From Curvularia clavata (taxonomy: Eukaryota), in NCBI GenBank assembly GCA_023920165.1, contig CP089275.1, forward strand, positions 558,001-622,000: a stretch of DNA of 64,000 bases. The letters run 5' to 3'. The position numbers and the translations under genes were made by a program. Positions 49,329 to 62,106 of this stretch are shown here, piece after piece; the stretch's first letter is position 1, and each line of letters starts with the position of its first letter. A model generated the notes under the pieces. That model was not told the origin of the DNA and did no database searches. It worked only from the letters and a program-made list of their open reading frames with translations.

Positions 49329-50874
49329 TCAAAGAGTCCGACCGGCTTCGAGATCTCCTTCACGGGCCCGGGATACTGAGGGCCCTCTGCTGCCTGGTCG
49401 TAAAGCAGCCCGTACACTCCCCCAGTCTACTCTCTCTCGCCACCTCTGATGGGATTCTGGTAGCGCAGTCAATGCCTTTGTGCTAGCAAAGCTCTTTTGG
49501 CTGCAATCATCCGCCTCTTCAATCTTGATTTGTAGTTTGTGGTTGACGTGTATGCCATGCAGAGGAATCTCCTCATCGCTATTATCTCCACCTCGAATCT
49601 GAGACTGCTGTGTGGAAGATTGCGAGTGTTTCGAGGCGAAGGCATTTGTTGCTAATCTCGACGCATCGGGTGTTTTTCCGCGGCTGAGCTCTCCAGTGTA
49701 TCCAGAACGGCTGGTGTACTGGGTAAGATAGCGGTTGAAGAACACTTTGAGAGAAGGGGCGGAGGCACAGATCACGGCCAGCTGCGCTTCAATAGTGGTC
49801 CAGACCCAGCCGTAGTAAGCGATCCAAGTGATATCATAGGTGACTGCATCACAACTGTCAGCTTCTCGAGTCACACATTCTAGGGGGTATTGCTCTTACA
49901 AAAGTACAGCTTAGTGGCATAGTATGTACGCATCAAGCCACAGAAGCAAGTGATCAGTCCCATGCCAAAGATGCCGCAAAGGGCAAACTTTTGGCGCTTG
50001 CTGATCTGCAAGTTCCAGATCAGCAGAATGGGAAGCATGCAGACAATAAAGTCCTGGACGGAGCTGATGGCTGCGCATGCCACGATGATGGCTCCCTCGT
50101 TACGACACTTCACTTCGTTCTGCAACCTCCACATTACGTCGAAGTAACGCCAGAATCCCTCGACCGGCGTGCAGGTGAAGAGGATAGCAAAGGTGAAGAT
50201 GACCCCGTAGATAACACAGAAGGCAATGGTGCCGTATACCCCTATTGTACACATACAAGGTCAGTGTCAATGTTTTGTTTGGAGATAGTAAATCCTGCTT
50301 ACAGTAGACAAACTGGTTTGTAAGGCGTCCAGTGATGCGGCGATAGAAGCAGAGAATAGAAACCTTGATCAGTGTCGTGGACAGCATATAGTTGAGTTCA
50401 ATAGCCAGGGCGACCTAGAAAAGTCAGCAAGTGCAAAGGAAGATGACCTGGAATGTGGTGGTATACCTCTCGCGTGGTGACTAGAGTCTTCAACGTTTGG
50501 TCCCAGACATGCCACTGGAAGCCGTATGTTCGGATGCCTTCACTTGTGAGTACAGACGATGGCGTAGTAGCGAAGAACTTACCGAGGATGGTTGCTATCA
50601 CCAATCCAAATAGCGGCAACATGGAGATGCTTATCAAGACATCATCGAGCCCAGTGTTCTTCGATATAGCGATCCGGGCCCACATTCGCGCAACATATAC
50701 GAGCAAGGTTACGACCATGAAAACAATGAGAACAATTGGCGCCTCCCATCCTCTCTCCTCGGGGTCGATGTGGTTCGCTTTCGGCCAGCTGAGTATAACC
50801 TCTGGTGGGGGATGGAGTCCTCCACCACGAGCAACGAGGCTGCCGCCATGGAAGCCTTGGCTGGTGGCGTCCAT
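49329..50874 (-). CDS. PTH11-like integral membrane protein (no CFEM), about 5 exons
   Basis: PPPEVILSWPKANHIDPE, ARMWAR...GLDD, YGFQWHVWD, IKVSILCFYRRI, LFTCTP and WTTIEAQLAVICASAPSLK. Confidence 0.9.
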
Positions 50875-52885
50875 GTTATCGAATACGGGCTCGTAAGGTG
50901 AACTGAGAAAAGATGGGAGCAAGATGACAATCAGGCCTCATATCAGAAGGCCCCAAACGTGAAGGGCGGGAACGGCATGTATAAGCCAGTCCGAAAGTGG
51001 CCTCAGAGCCAATGACTCCCTAGCGTGCTGTGGGGTTCACGTCTACGGCAGAGCTAGTTCAAACGCAAGTGGAGTGATCAACAGGATGATACGACACATT
51101 CCCTGTCCACTGGGAACGTATGTGTACGTACATCACCTTTGGTCGATTTCTCCTATGTTTAGTTCGAATCTACTGGGAAATGCAAATGATGACAATTCCG
51201 ATAAGCATCGGTACTTCGCAGAGCCATGAGATACACCATGAGCATTGAGGTGAATGGTAGCGCCTTATGTATGGGCTAGGCATGCATGCTATGAAAATTG
51301 CGAAAGCGAACTCGCGAAAGCGAACGTGAGTGGGTACAGAACACCGGCTTGTGGTCCCTTGTTCTTAATGGTGTATACTCCAACGTGCTGTTCGACACCG
51401 GAAGCGGGTAACCATGGCATCGCACGTGGCATACGTGACACGGTAGTGTGTTGGCGTCGCCCGGCTGCATATGTTCTAGGGTTCAAAACGCCTCTTTGCG
51501 GCAAATAATCGGGTTGGTCGTCTCGTGGTTTGTTTAGATTTGGCCACTTTAGAGAAGCTAAGAATCAGAAAGGCTAGCATACCTTGATCTCTCCACGAGG
51601 CATGTCTGTCGATCCAACTATAGCGGCTCGGTTGCCTGACGGCCCTTTTAGGACTGGCCATGGCGGTCCCTAGAAAGGGATTATCCTTCCGATCGAGCAA
51701 TTACCTCCTTAGCTTAGTAGGTCTGGCAGACCACTAGGATTTCCAACGCAAACAGCCCGCCAAGGCTCAGACCTGATAGTACATCTATGGCTTTTCTGGC
51801 CCAAGAGTTTATCTTTACGCCAGCCAGGGGACCCACTAGATTCATGGGCGAGTTCGGTTGAGATGGCAAGTGAGCCGGGGCAATGACTGCAAGTGTGTGG
51901 CTGACAGATCTAGGCAATGGAAAGAGAGGCGAAGTATTGTACCAGGCTGCCAAATTCTCGCCTCAATATCATGGAGATGCTTAAGCGGAATGGGCGAGCG
52001 GGATTGCGAGCAGGGACAAGGCAAATATCAGTCTTAGAGTCCATGTTTCGCATTGAGATGGATCCACCAAGGAGTTGTGCCCGAGCCGCTAGTGAGCTAG
52101 CAAGATTTGTCGGCAGAGCTCATACTAGCAGTACTGTGCTGGTGGTGGGAGGGGCCATGTCAAACCTTAATTCATGACTACCCAACCACATCCGACTGGC
52201 GTTTTCGCCACGCCATCGCGCAACTTCGGCGACGAACAAAGGGTTAGAGAAGATCGTTTGTAGATCTCGGAACAAAGGAAAAGGCGCGCGTGGTGATGGG
52301 TGGTAGTCCAGGAAGCGTCTATCCGGAGGTTCTTCCTGACTAAGTGCTGACATCATCATCATCATCCTCATCGTCCTCCCCTTGCTCCCGCTGCGCACAG
52401 ATGTCTCAACGCATCCTCGCCCCTGCATACTTGTTGCGCCTGCATCTGCCCTTGTTTTTGCCCTGTTCGACAGTCTGTTTGGCGACCTCTTGGCTTCGCC
52501 TTTTGCCCCAACTTGGCCATAATACAGCCTGCTATTAATTGGTGTTCCCTACGCCGCCAATGGTCGGATCGGGAAGAGTTCCAGCCTACGCCAAGATCTC
52601 CGAGAACGGCTCGGACGATACAAGCCGACGTTTTCCTGTTGCGTGCCTGAAGAACGTGCGGCTAATAGCATGGGCGGACTTGATGCCTATATTTCCTCTC
52701 ACCGGTTGCGTCGATGACTTGAGCCGCAGGGCGAATGCCGAGCAATGTGGTTTTTCGGCCCCGCTGTCTCTCCGCTTGACGTTGAAGCTCAACATGACCA
52801 TGCGTTGGTCATGTGGTTGCTCTATCCAGATCAATATGTTAGAACGTGACAGTCTGTTCCAGCTCAGTGAGGTCTCTTCCAGAGC

Positions 52886-53692
52886 TTAGGCTAGGCTGAA
52901 CGCTTCCATAGCTTTCCGTACCGCCTCTGTTGCCGCGCTTTCAGGAGGAAGATTAACCCAGGTCTCGGCGGTCTGGCCAGGATTTCCATCCATGGCGCCA
53001 TTAACTCCTTCTTTGTTATTCTCAATCCTCTTTTTCTCCTCTGTGGGACCCTCAGCTGTTGACCCACGGAAGTTCAACGTTCGAGGTGTCTGATCCGAGC
53101 CGCTTCGCCTAGGCGTTGATTTTCTTGTAGCCATGCCCGGGCGCTTACGGGGTGTCACGGGCTCCTCTTTCTCACCCTCGTCTTTTACTCCACCAAACCC
53201 ATCCTGCCGCATAAACTGATCAAAGAATTGGAGACGCGGCTCATCAAACTTGGAGACTGCCTTGCAAGCGCGGTAGCCTCTTCGGAGCATTGCTGCGATA
53301 TACTGGTCCGCGACTCTGCGCACTTCCGACTCCTGACTCGACTCGTTTTCCCGCATTGCCTCGTCATGATCCAGTTTCAAAGTAAGACCTTCAAGAGCTA
53401 CTTCGGCGCGCACCACGTCGATGAGACACGTCGGGCAGGCGAACGGATAGCCCTGTACAGGCCGTGCACAGAGCCCACCACAACTTGCCGTGTATTCAGT
53501 CTGGATCCGATGCCCACACTGAAGATCGTGGAATGTTGACGAAGAATTGCAAGGACTGTACATGTCCTGAAATTGTTGTTGGTCCTGTTGCTCCCAGGCT
53601 TGAAATTGTTGCTTCTCAGCCGCAGCCAGTCTCGCGTGGAACGCCTGAATAGTAGCGCGAGCGCTGGCAGTAGTAGCTTTGGTTGTTGACAT
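52886..53692 (-). CDS. Hypothetical protein with a Cys/His (putative zinc-binding) domain, family member 3
   Basis: 268-aa intronless ORF. PCNSSSTFHDLQCGHRIQTEYTASCGGLC...FACPTC, plus the basic segment PRKRPG..RKSTPRR. Confidence 0.8.
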   Translation of the reverse strand: MSTTKATTASARATIQAFHARLAAAEKQQFQAWEQQDQQQFQDMYSPCNSSSTFHDLQCGHRIQTEYTASCGGLCARPVQGYPFACPTCLIDVVRAEVALEGLTLKLDHDEAMRENESSQESEVRRVADQYIAAMLRRGYRACKAVSKFDEPRLQFFDQFMRQDGFGGVKDEGEKEEPVTPRKRPGMATRKSTPRRSGSDQTPRTLNFRGSTAEGPTEEKKRIENNKEGVNGAMDGNPGQTAETWVNLPPESAATEAVRKAMEAFSLA

Positions 53693-54169
53693 TTACGTAG
53701 CTCGTGTGTTGCGATTTTGGTAGGATTCAGAAGCCGTGCGCGAGCTGATTTTGAAGGCGAAAATCCAATGCGGGGGCGATCGACTACTGTCACCCTACAG
53801 CAGCCCCATCTCGCTAACGATGTCGCGTAGGTATCATCTGCAAACGCATGTTGTCATGTCCGTTTGTCGGTCGCATGTTGTCCAGAAGCATAATCTTGAT
53901 GGTTTCTTGATATTTGAATGGTGGTCGTTTGTTTCCGGGTCAGCGGACGACAAGGCCATACCGAGCTCGGCAGCCATCGCTGGGCTAACGTAGGCCCGCA
54001 TGCCATCATCAACCTTCAAGTACAACAAATGATGCCATACCAAGATGGATTCACTAGGATACCCTTCATGTTCCTTGAATGGTTCCTCTATCATGGATGC
54101 AGCAGGAGTCATTGCACCCGCTGAGCAAAACAAATATGATCGTGTGACCTGCTAGTGTGTTTCAAGAGC

Positions 54170-56189
54170 CTATATTCGAGCTGCCACAATGTTGAACGGA
54201 GGATAATGCAGCTCCACCCTATCTCCATCTGTCACTGTCACGACTTTGGTCAACGGCCACCCGTTGTTGTCCTGGACACCATCAAAATCCTGCCAATTGC
54301 ACTGGTCCCCCGGAAGTGACATTCGCCAGACTTGGGCGGTGGGGCCAAACTGCGCGGTCTCCGCCGCACCATCTGCTGGTTCCAGAACCGCGCCTTGGGG
54401 CCTAGAGAAAAACACCGGCTGCGCGTCAGCAGTCCAAAACAGACGGTCTATAGCTTCTAAAACAGACTTTCCCTCAACGACTAGGCTCCTGAGGTACAGA
54501 ATCTGGTCTTGAATCTCCAGCTGCGCATAGGTCACAGTCTTGTTTTTGGCAGTGTCGACCTGGTCGGTAATCAAGCCCTCGTCCTTGCCAACCGTGTATC
54601 TTCCTGCATATCGATCTCTTGTTCTATCACCGAGGGCTTTTGCAAAAGCAGGAAGAAGAGTCGAATGCATGTCGTCCTGCAATGCCCCTGGGTCTATGCC
54701 TTCGTAGTGTTTAAGACCGGACTGCTGCGCTAGAATAACGATGCCGTAGCCCAAGTTCGGTACATTGTCAATCCAGCTCTTCCAGCCTCCACCACCACCT
54801 GGCTTACCAAAGATACTGTATTGTTTCAAGGTTTTTGTTGCTGAACTCATGTTGTCGTTTGTGGATACATATCTAAGCCCTATCTCCCAACCTGGCCCCG
54901 TTTGCTGTACGCTGTCCGGTATGCTTATACTTGGTCTCAACACATCTCTGCGCTGGAATGTTGTAACCAGCTCTGGTTCAGGCGCTAGCCAAATTTTATA
55001 CAGGTAGCTGGCTAGATCATTGGCCGAACTCCACATGCCTGCTGCTGGATCGTATCCCTCGCCTACAATCAGATCCGCCCAATTTTCGCCGCCTGGAATG
55101 CTGAGATGCGGAATGAGGTGTTGCGGCACTATGCCGAAGAAACTATGCGTCATGTCTAGCGGAACGAGGAGCTCCTGCGTAGCAAGATCGGACCATGGCA
55201 AGCTGGAACCTGTAATGTTGCTGTAATACGCAGCTACGGCAGCTGGATGGGTAAGTCAGTACTTTTCAAATACACGTCTCGCATGGGAAAAGAAGCCAAA
55301 CATACCACCGAGCAGTCCTATGCCAGCATTCGAATCTGCTCAGCATTAACAAATCAACACCTAAACCATCGTTACGAGGCGTCTCTTACACGCAGCCCTC
55401 TCCCCAGGCCGAAACATCAACCCTTTCCTCGCAATCCCCTCAATCAACACCTCCGCGCTCTGTCCCGCCCAGCGCGCCCCAATCGTCTCTGCATCCGCCT
55501 TACTCGCCCCCAGTAGCATGTTAAAATCCGTACTGTAGCTCTCCCGTGGAATGCCGGCAGTATGGCTGGCTAGCATACGCAGCGTGATGCCGCTGCCACC
55601 ATCCGCCCAATCTAGCGGCTGCAACGCAAAAGACGGCAAGAGGCGTCTTATTGGCGAGTCGAGGGTTAGCTCAGACAGACCGTCTGCTGACATTTTTCGG
55701 AGTTTTTGCGAGACTACGAGTGCAGATGTAACGGCCAGGGTTTTTGTGATGGAATTGATGCGGAAAATGGAGTCGCTGGTTACAATATTATCGTGGGATC
55801 CTTGGTAAGGAGTTGTGTCGTTGAACTTGAGGGTCCCGTTGTTGAAGGTGTAAATGGGGATTGGGCTTGATGCGTGGACCTAGTTTCTAAATCAGTCATC
55901 TTCAATCAGAATCTCCTTGCATATTAGGGGGAAGTTGAAGGTAAAGGTATTTTAGCACATGATCCCCCAAAAAAAGACGTACAATCGCGACACTAAGTCC
56001 ATCCCGCGTCGTGCCACTGGTATATTTCTCAGAGAGATACTGCTGTACATCTTGCAGTGCCTGTACCACAGCTTCATGCTCCAGCACCTCTTTCTCGTAG
56101 ATTAAATTTCTAGGCACGTCCGGGACGCAAGCGCTCGCTGCGAGGCCGAATACGTAGGAGCCTGCGAGTAGTATAACGAAACCCCGCAT
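54170..56189 (-). CDS. Secreted serine beta-lactamase-family (penicillin-binding/D-peptidase-like) hydrolase, about 4 exons
   Basis: Signal peptide MRGFVILLAGSYVFGLAASA. SxxK in FRINSITK, ITLRMLASHTAG, YSN across a splice junction, and PLDM...PAAGMWSS. Confidence 0.9.
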
Positions 56190-57356
56190 CTTGTAGCTAC
56201 ACCTCTTCTTATCTCCCCTCTTATCTTCACTCTCTTCAGCATCCACGAGCACACGGCGGAAAAGAAAGAAAAAGAAAACCAACCAACACGAATACAATTG
56301 AGTTGCTGGACAATCTTACAAGTATATATACTTTTCCCTTTGACCTACACCCCTCAGATCTGCATGCATATCCGCCAGCACATTTCCAAGGCGGCTAGCT
56401 ACAACCGAAGATCTTTATCTACACCTAACCACGAATAACGTGTCGTGCATTAGACCAGGGACAATCGCAGCGGCCCTTTTTTGCTACGGTACCCCTAGCA
56501 TGTATTACTCGGAGGGTAGGCTTGACCTAGGGCTGTGGCGTCCTTTGCCGATAGCTTTGCGTGATGCGGGTGGGTTACACTGCATTTTGGGGGACGGAGG
56601 AAAAGCAAACACGTGGGCGTATGGCCAGAAAGACGGTAAGGGGGAGAGTGTTTTGTGTACGGAGAACATAGAAGGAATTTGTTGAGTGAGATGGAATGAA
56701 GGTAGAGAAGGTCCGACTTTGAGCTTTATTTCAGCGGGTATGTCAGAACGGGTGAGGTACCGGTTGTGTGCTGGGAATACATTCTTTTTTTTGAGTATTT
56801 CTCTTCTTTCCTTCTCCCCGTTACCACCCGCAGCTCTGCTTTTTTTTTAGAGCTATGAAAGCAAGCACCTTGCCTCGTTTCTGCTTTTCTTCTCGTCGTC
56901 TAACGACTCTGGTCCTTGCGCTCGGGATGCTTCGACATGCTTACGTCGATCATGCAAATGCAATGCGGGCGAGATCCTGGTACCTCGCACATCCCCATAT
57001 CTAAAAACTTTGTCGAAAAACAGGGTCTTGAGTGTGGACGTTAGACACGAGCAATCGAGTAAGATACTCGTAAACATCAAAAGCGAGTGGAATGAGAAGG
57101 AATAAACGACACAGCTCATGGACGATTAAAATGTTTATTGGAATTGCTAAGAAAGAACAGGAAAGTGTATCAAACGTATTTGCTTGCCAATGTGGAAAAA
57201 TGGTGTATGACACCTGGACCTCCCAAAACTATGCCGCTAAACACAAGTAGGAAGCCGCCCTTGTCGCCAACGTAATATATGCTAAAGACCGAAATGAAAA
57301 TTATTTAAGTGTGCTAATCGCTGATGAGCACTGAATGTGTAAATAAGATACGGGTT

Positions 57357-60086
57357 TCAGAGAGGAAGTGACATCAAGTTCGGCATCGATGGCCGCGAAG
57401 CAGGGAGTTTTCCAGGCTTTTTGTGCTTTGTCGTGCTGTGGCTGCGCTCCTCGAGATTGCCCACACTTAACTGCAGTTCTTCTACCTTCTTCTGTAGAGC
57501 CTCTATTACTTGCCAAGAAGCCACGAGACTAGGGTCATGAGGTCTGTTCATTGGTAGAGAAGAGGGTGATGCCACCTTAGGAGGCCCGGATTTGGATTGC
57601 GTGGTCGAATAGTTGTGAGGAGAAGAGGGTGATGTGGGCTGCTTTCTCAAGGTAAGAGTCTCATCTTGCAGCGGGGATCCGAATTGCACACGTGTGAGTA
57701 ACGGCGCTTTCGGTTGCGTTGAACTGGTGTTTGGATGAGAGTGCTGTAGCGAGCGAGATACCCTTTGCTTTTCCCTGTTACCAGAGGGGCTTATTGGTAT
57801 GTCTGCTGAGGCCCTTTCGTTCCGTGAGGCTGACACATTGGAGTTTTCCCGCCCAGTTTCCACAGTATCTTGCTTTGCACAGCTCTTGGTGGCCGGTGTC
57901 GCTAGCACAGGTGAACTCTGGATAGATGACGTAAGATTTCGCCTCAATCGATCCAGTGTTTGAACGAGAATGATACAGTTCTTGCATGCAGGCGAGCTCT
58001 CATTATCTGGTTTCATTCGTGGTAGCGAATCGATACTCGAGGCATCACCCATATAGATGTGCTGCGTAACAGAAGTCGAATCACCGCAGACGGGTCCCAT
58101 CTTCCCGATGCTCTCTGGAAAGGGTGAAGTTGCTGGCTTCGTATCGCGTTTTTCCCGCCACTGCTCGATTCTTTCTTCTGTTGTCATAGAGCGCGCAAAG
58201 TTGGAGAAGAGCGACGGTATTGGTGAAGGTTCAAAGTCTAGGTCTTGTTGATGTCTGAGCTTGGCGGGCAAGGTCGAAGCTCGTGTCGGTGGCTTTGGGA
58301 TGGGTTGCGGCATTCCCTTCGGGATTCCTGGCGCGCGTAGAAGTGGTACTTCTGCTTCGTAGCTCTGTCTACGTGACGGTGGCGTTCTTCGATCCAGCGG
58401 CTTTGGTCCGTTGGCCTTGCCCTGTCTGATGATGTGAAGCATCGCCTCACCCTTGGGAGCTGTGGTAAGATTCTCGTAGCCCCTGGCGGTTATCAAAATA
58501 TCATCCTCGATGCGAACGCCCCCAACCGGTAAGTATCGTTTTAGTGCATGAACGTTGATGAACTTAGAATGTATCGGAGATGGAAGATAGAAGTTTTGCA
58601 AGGCGTAGATGGAGAAATAGATGCCAGGCTCGACAGTCACGACCATTCCTTCCTCAAGATGGCTACTGTAAGGATCAGCTGGCGCGCGACAAGTCTCAGG
58701 ACTGTAAACAGAGGCGTGGAAGTTCTCCGGGTACAGTGAAGGGGCCTATGACATATTAGCAGCTGCCAACATACGCGGGCGCTTTTCAACTAACTTGTTG
58801 TTGCACTAGTTTGCCTCTTCGGACGCTCATCAGTTCCGCCTGGCTCGGGTCATGGACTTCCAAGCCGACATGATGTCCTAAGCCATGAGGAAAGAAGGCC
58901 CTACTGGTTCCAGCTTTGTAGATCTCTTCTTTGGTTCCATTGTGCAGGATACCAAGCTGCAAGAGCCCATCAATCGCAATTTGATGCGCTAAGATATGCA
59001 GATCTAGATACCTAACACCTGGAGCTAGTCTTTCTATGCACTTTTCTTGCATGCGCTCGACAAGCTTGTAAATATTCTCAGCTTCCTTGCTGGGCCAAGA
59101 AGCAGAAAGTGGGAAGGTACGCGTAATGTCGCTTGCATACAATTCATACTCGCAGCCAGCATCCAAGCACATGAGCTGGCGACCTTTCAAGCTCTCATTG
59201 TTTGCATCATAATGCAAAGTACCTGCATTTGGTCCGGATGCAGCAATAGGATCGTAGGCTTGTTGCTTGGCTTGATGTGATATGCACACGTCCATGAAGA
59301 TACCTTCGACTTGGGCTTCGTTATTGAAACTAAGAATGTTCTCTAGCACTCTTTCATGCGCCTGGGAGCTGATGTCGTTGGCTTGCCGGATGAGGCCGAT
59401 TTCATGACTATCCTTGATCATGCGACACAGGTTCATGGCTGGCTGAAGGGAATGGAAGTCTGTGCGAGATACGAGGTTGTCACAGCCGGGTACCCGCGAA
59501 GATGGGTGCAGGACGTAGATTCCGGCGTGGTGATTACTGTGAGCCCAACCTTGGACAACATACTGAAGCTCATCTGAATAAAAAACCTGGTCAATGTCAT
59601 ACTTGGCGAGTGCTTCTGCTCGGGTGGAGCCACGGCCGTTCCAGATGACGCGCTCAGGATTAATGCGCGGAATAAACAAACTTAGGAGATCGCGTCGGAC
59701 ATCGTAGACCAGGTGGCAGTTTGGTTCATTACATCTTCCCATCATCAGCAGGCGCTCAATCGAACAGTCGATGGGTTGGGCGCAACGCACCCGCTCAAAT
59801 AGTAAAAGTACCGTCGCTGACGAAATGGCGCGGGCATGTCGCTGTCTTCATTGTTTCTGGCGGGCTGGCCTGGAAGATAGATCAAGCCATGCTCGATACC
59901 CATTTTTTCCTGCACCCGGCGGGCATGTTGTTTTGCTGGGCAAGGTTAGTGTGACGCGCAAGTCGAGAAGCTGGCGTGCGCACCTGGGTACTTCTCGAAG
60001 GGCGTGTCGCCTTGGAGGCGCAAACAGTAGTCTTTGGCTTCGCATGCCAGACGGTCGGCAAGAGTGGTCGCATCGAGGACCTGCAT
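57357..60086 (-). CDS. Xaa-Pro aminopeptidase/prolidase (M24B) with a long C-terminal extension, about 4 exons
   Basis: [16 protein letters not shown]...[28 protein letters not shown] and GGVRIEDD. The start at MQVLDA (60086) is inferred. Confidence 0.92.
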
Positions 60087-61041
60087 GATTGGACCTTTTT
60101 CTGACCTGCAGAAACACTGCGAATGCGAAACTTGAAGTTTCGGTGGAGGCGCGGCCGCTCTATTAGTCCTGACGAGCTCCTCACCGGTGAAGCCCCCGAA
60201 TCCGTGCAGGCGCCAAGATCCGGTCAGTAATCCGTGCAGCACCACCGGTTTTTGTTTTCGAGATGCTCAAAACGACTCTAGCCCGTCATCTTCGTCTCGA
60301 TCGCATACAATGCTGACACTGGCTTGACTCCGCGATGAATGCGTTGATGGGGGCGAGATTGAGTGGTGGTGGTCAGAGGTCGCTTGACTGCCCTTCTCTT
60401 CTCGTCAGGCGGTCGCTATACTTGACCCCGCGCCTACACTCGCCCTTCTGCCAACGCTTGTTGCGTGCGACATCGTGTCCATGTGATGTTTGTACTTCAG
60501 CTGGACGCCAACATGATTCTGAACAACGCTTGATAGGTGACACGAGACAAGTGGCGCCGGTTTCGGGTCCGTCGAGCAGGAGAAGAGGGATTGCCATATA
60601 GCGGCCTGGAGGGCCCACTGATTGGCCGCTGGCTTGACCGGTGCCACCTACGCCTTTCCCTCGCCTTTACACTGTTGGGGGCAGCAAACTGGCATAAACC
60701 ATAGGAGTCGCTGACAATTTCTGTCCAATCATGATAATTTGTGTAGCGAAGTAGCCGGAAGACGCACTCCTTGACAAGATGAGGAGAGGGTCAAGTAGCA
60801 GTGTGGAGGCGGTCAATACCCTTGTATCTCACGAGAGCAACTCTTGTAACACGCCCCGCAAGCCCTAGTCTGTTCAGGTCATACGCAGAGTAACATTTGC
60901 AAATATTTTTCATATCCTTACATCGTGAGCAGTGTCACTATGGCAGAGGTGTGATAATGAATACCGAGTGACTCATCTGGTCTATGCAAATTCTCCCACA
61001 GCTGGTGAAACCGGAACATGGTCGCCTACAAAAGCCACTGC

Positions 61042-61443
61042 TTTGAAAAGTTGCTGTAGTTATCACAGGAAGGTTGTACTGTATTGAAATCGTGCGTGAG
61101 CTCGTTTTGATTTTCCGATCTTAGGTACAGGTTGTGGGAGAGACACGGTCATATCCACAGCCTCATGTTCCGCCCATAGAACCCGTCACTTTGCACCGGG
61201 CCGATATCATCTCACTACATGAATCAGCCCAACCAAAGCTTCTTACATAGAGCCATTCCCCGAGTGTCAGAATTCGTGCATCACAAACCCAAATGCCCAT
61301 TTTGCAACCACAGCACCACAGGGTCTGTACAATCTAGTAAATCATTCCTGTTGAAAGTAGCTGTAGTTGTCACAGTCATTGATCGTTTGCTGTGTTGATT
61401 TCTTGTCTTATTAGGTGAGCTCGTTGAGATTATCTGATTTTAG
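61042..61443 (+). repeat. Imperfect two-block direct repeat (61042-61124 and 61351-61443)
   Basis: ttgaaaagttgctgtagttatcacag...gtgagctcgttttgattttccgatcttag versus ttgaaagtagctgtagttgtcacag...gtgagctcgttgagattatctgattttag. Confidence 0.75.
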
Positions 61444-62106
61444 GGCCTCCATGGTTCGGTCTAGTCAGCAATGAAGACGAACAGGTACACATTACCTGAT
61501 TGTTGCCAGATATGTTGATTATAATAGCGATGATGAGAACTCATAACCACAGTAAGGGCCATGTTGACGTGCGAGACGCACAACGGAAGAAAGAAACCGT
61601 GCCAAACATCAAAGAACTCCGGTGGTGATGGCCCATCCCGCAAAGTAGATCTGCAGCTTCGGTAAAAGGCTTGAGCGTAATTCGCAGAGCTCATGACATG
61701 TTGGTATCTCATGGCGAGTGACAAAGTGGAGTAGCAGAGGAGCTGTGCCCTGAACGCAGGTGCCTGTTTGACTGTGGGGCGGGTGCAGGTGCGGCAAGTG
61801 CAGGTGCAGGCGAAGGCATGATGTCACGGGTCAAGATGGGTGACCAGGTGGTGCTCTCCTTAAGATTGAATGCGAAGGTATGAACCATATACCTACCTAC
61901 CAAATAGTTCTGGCACTGCGAAGTAGCCAATCGAACCTGATTGGATGACCATACGTGATTGTAGACAATTCTTTGTTGTATTGGAATTCATCACCATTTT
62001 ACTCTTTTGGTGAAGTCGAAGTTAAGCCTCGAAAAAAGCCGTGTAGTTACCTCATCAAATACATTAATCGAAACCAAAAAAATTTCCATATGCATCCCCA
62101 ACCAGA

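Noticed and set aside
32929..50874. The two PTH11-like genes as a recent duplication
   Set aside because: They are highly divergent members of a very large family and share only family-level motifs.
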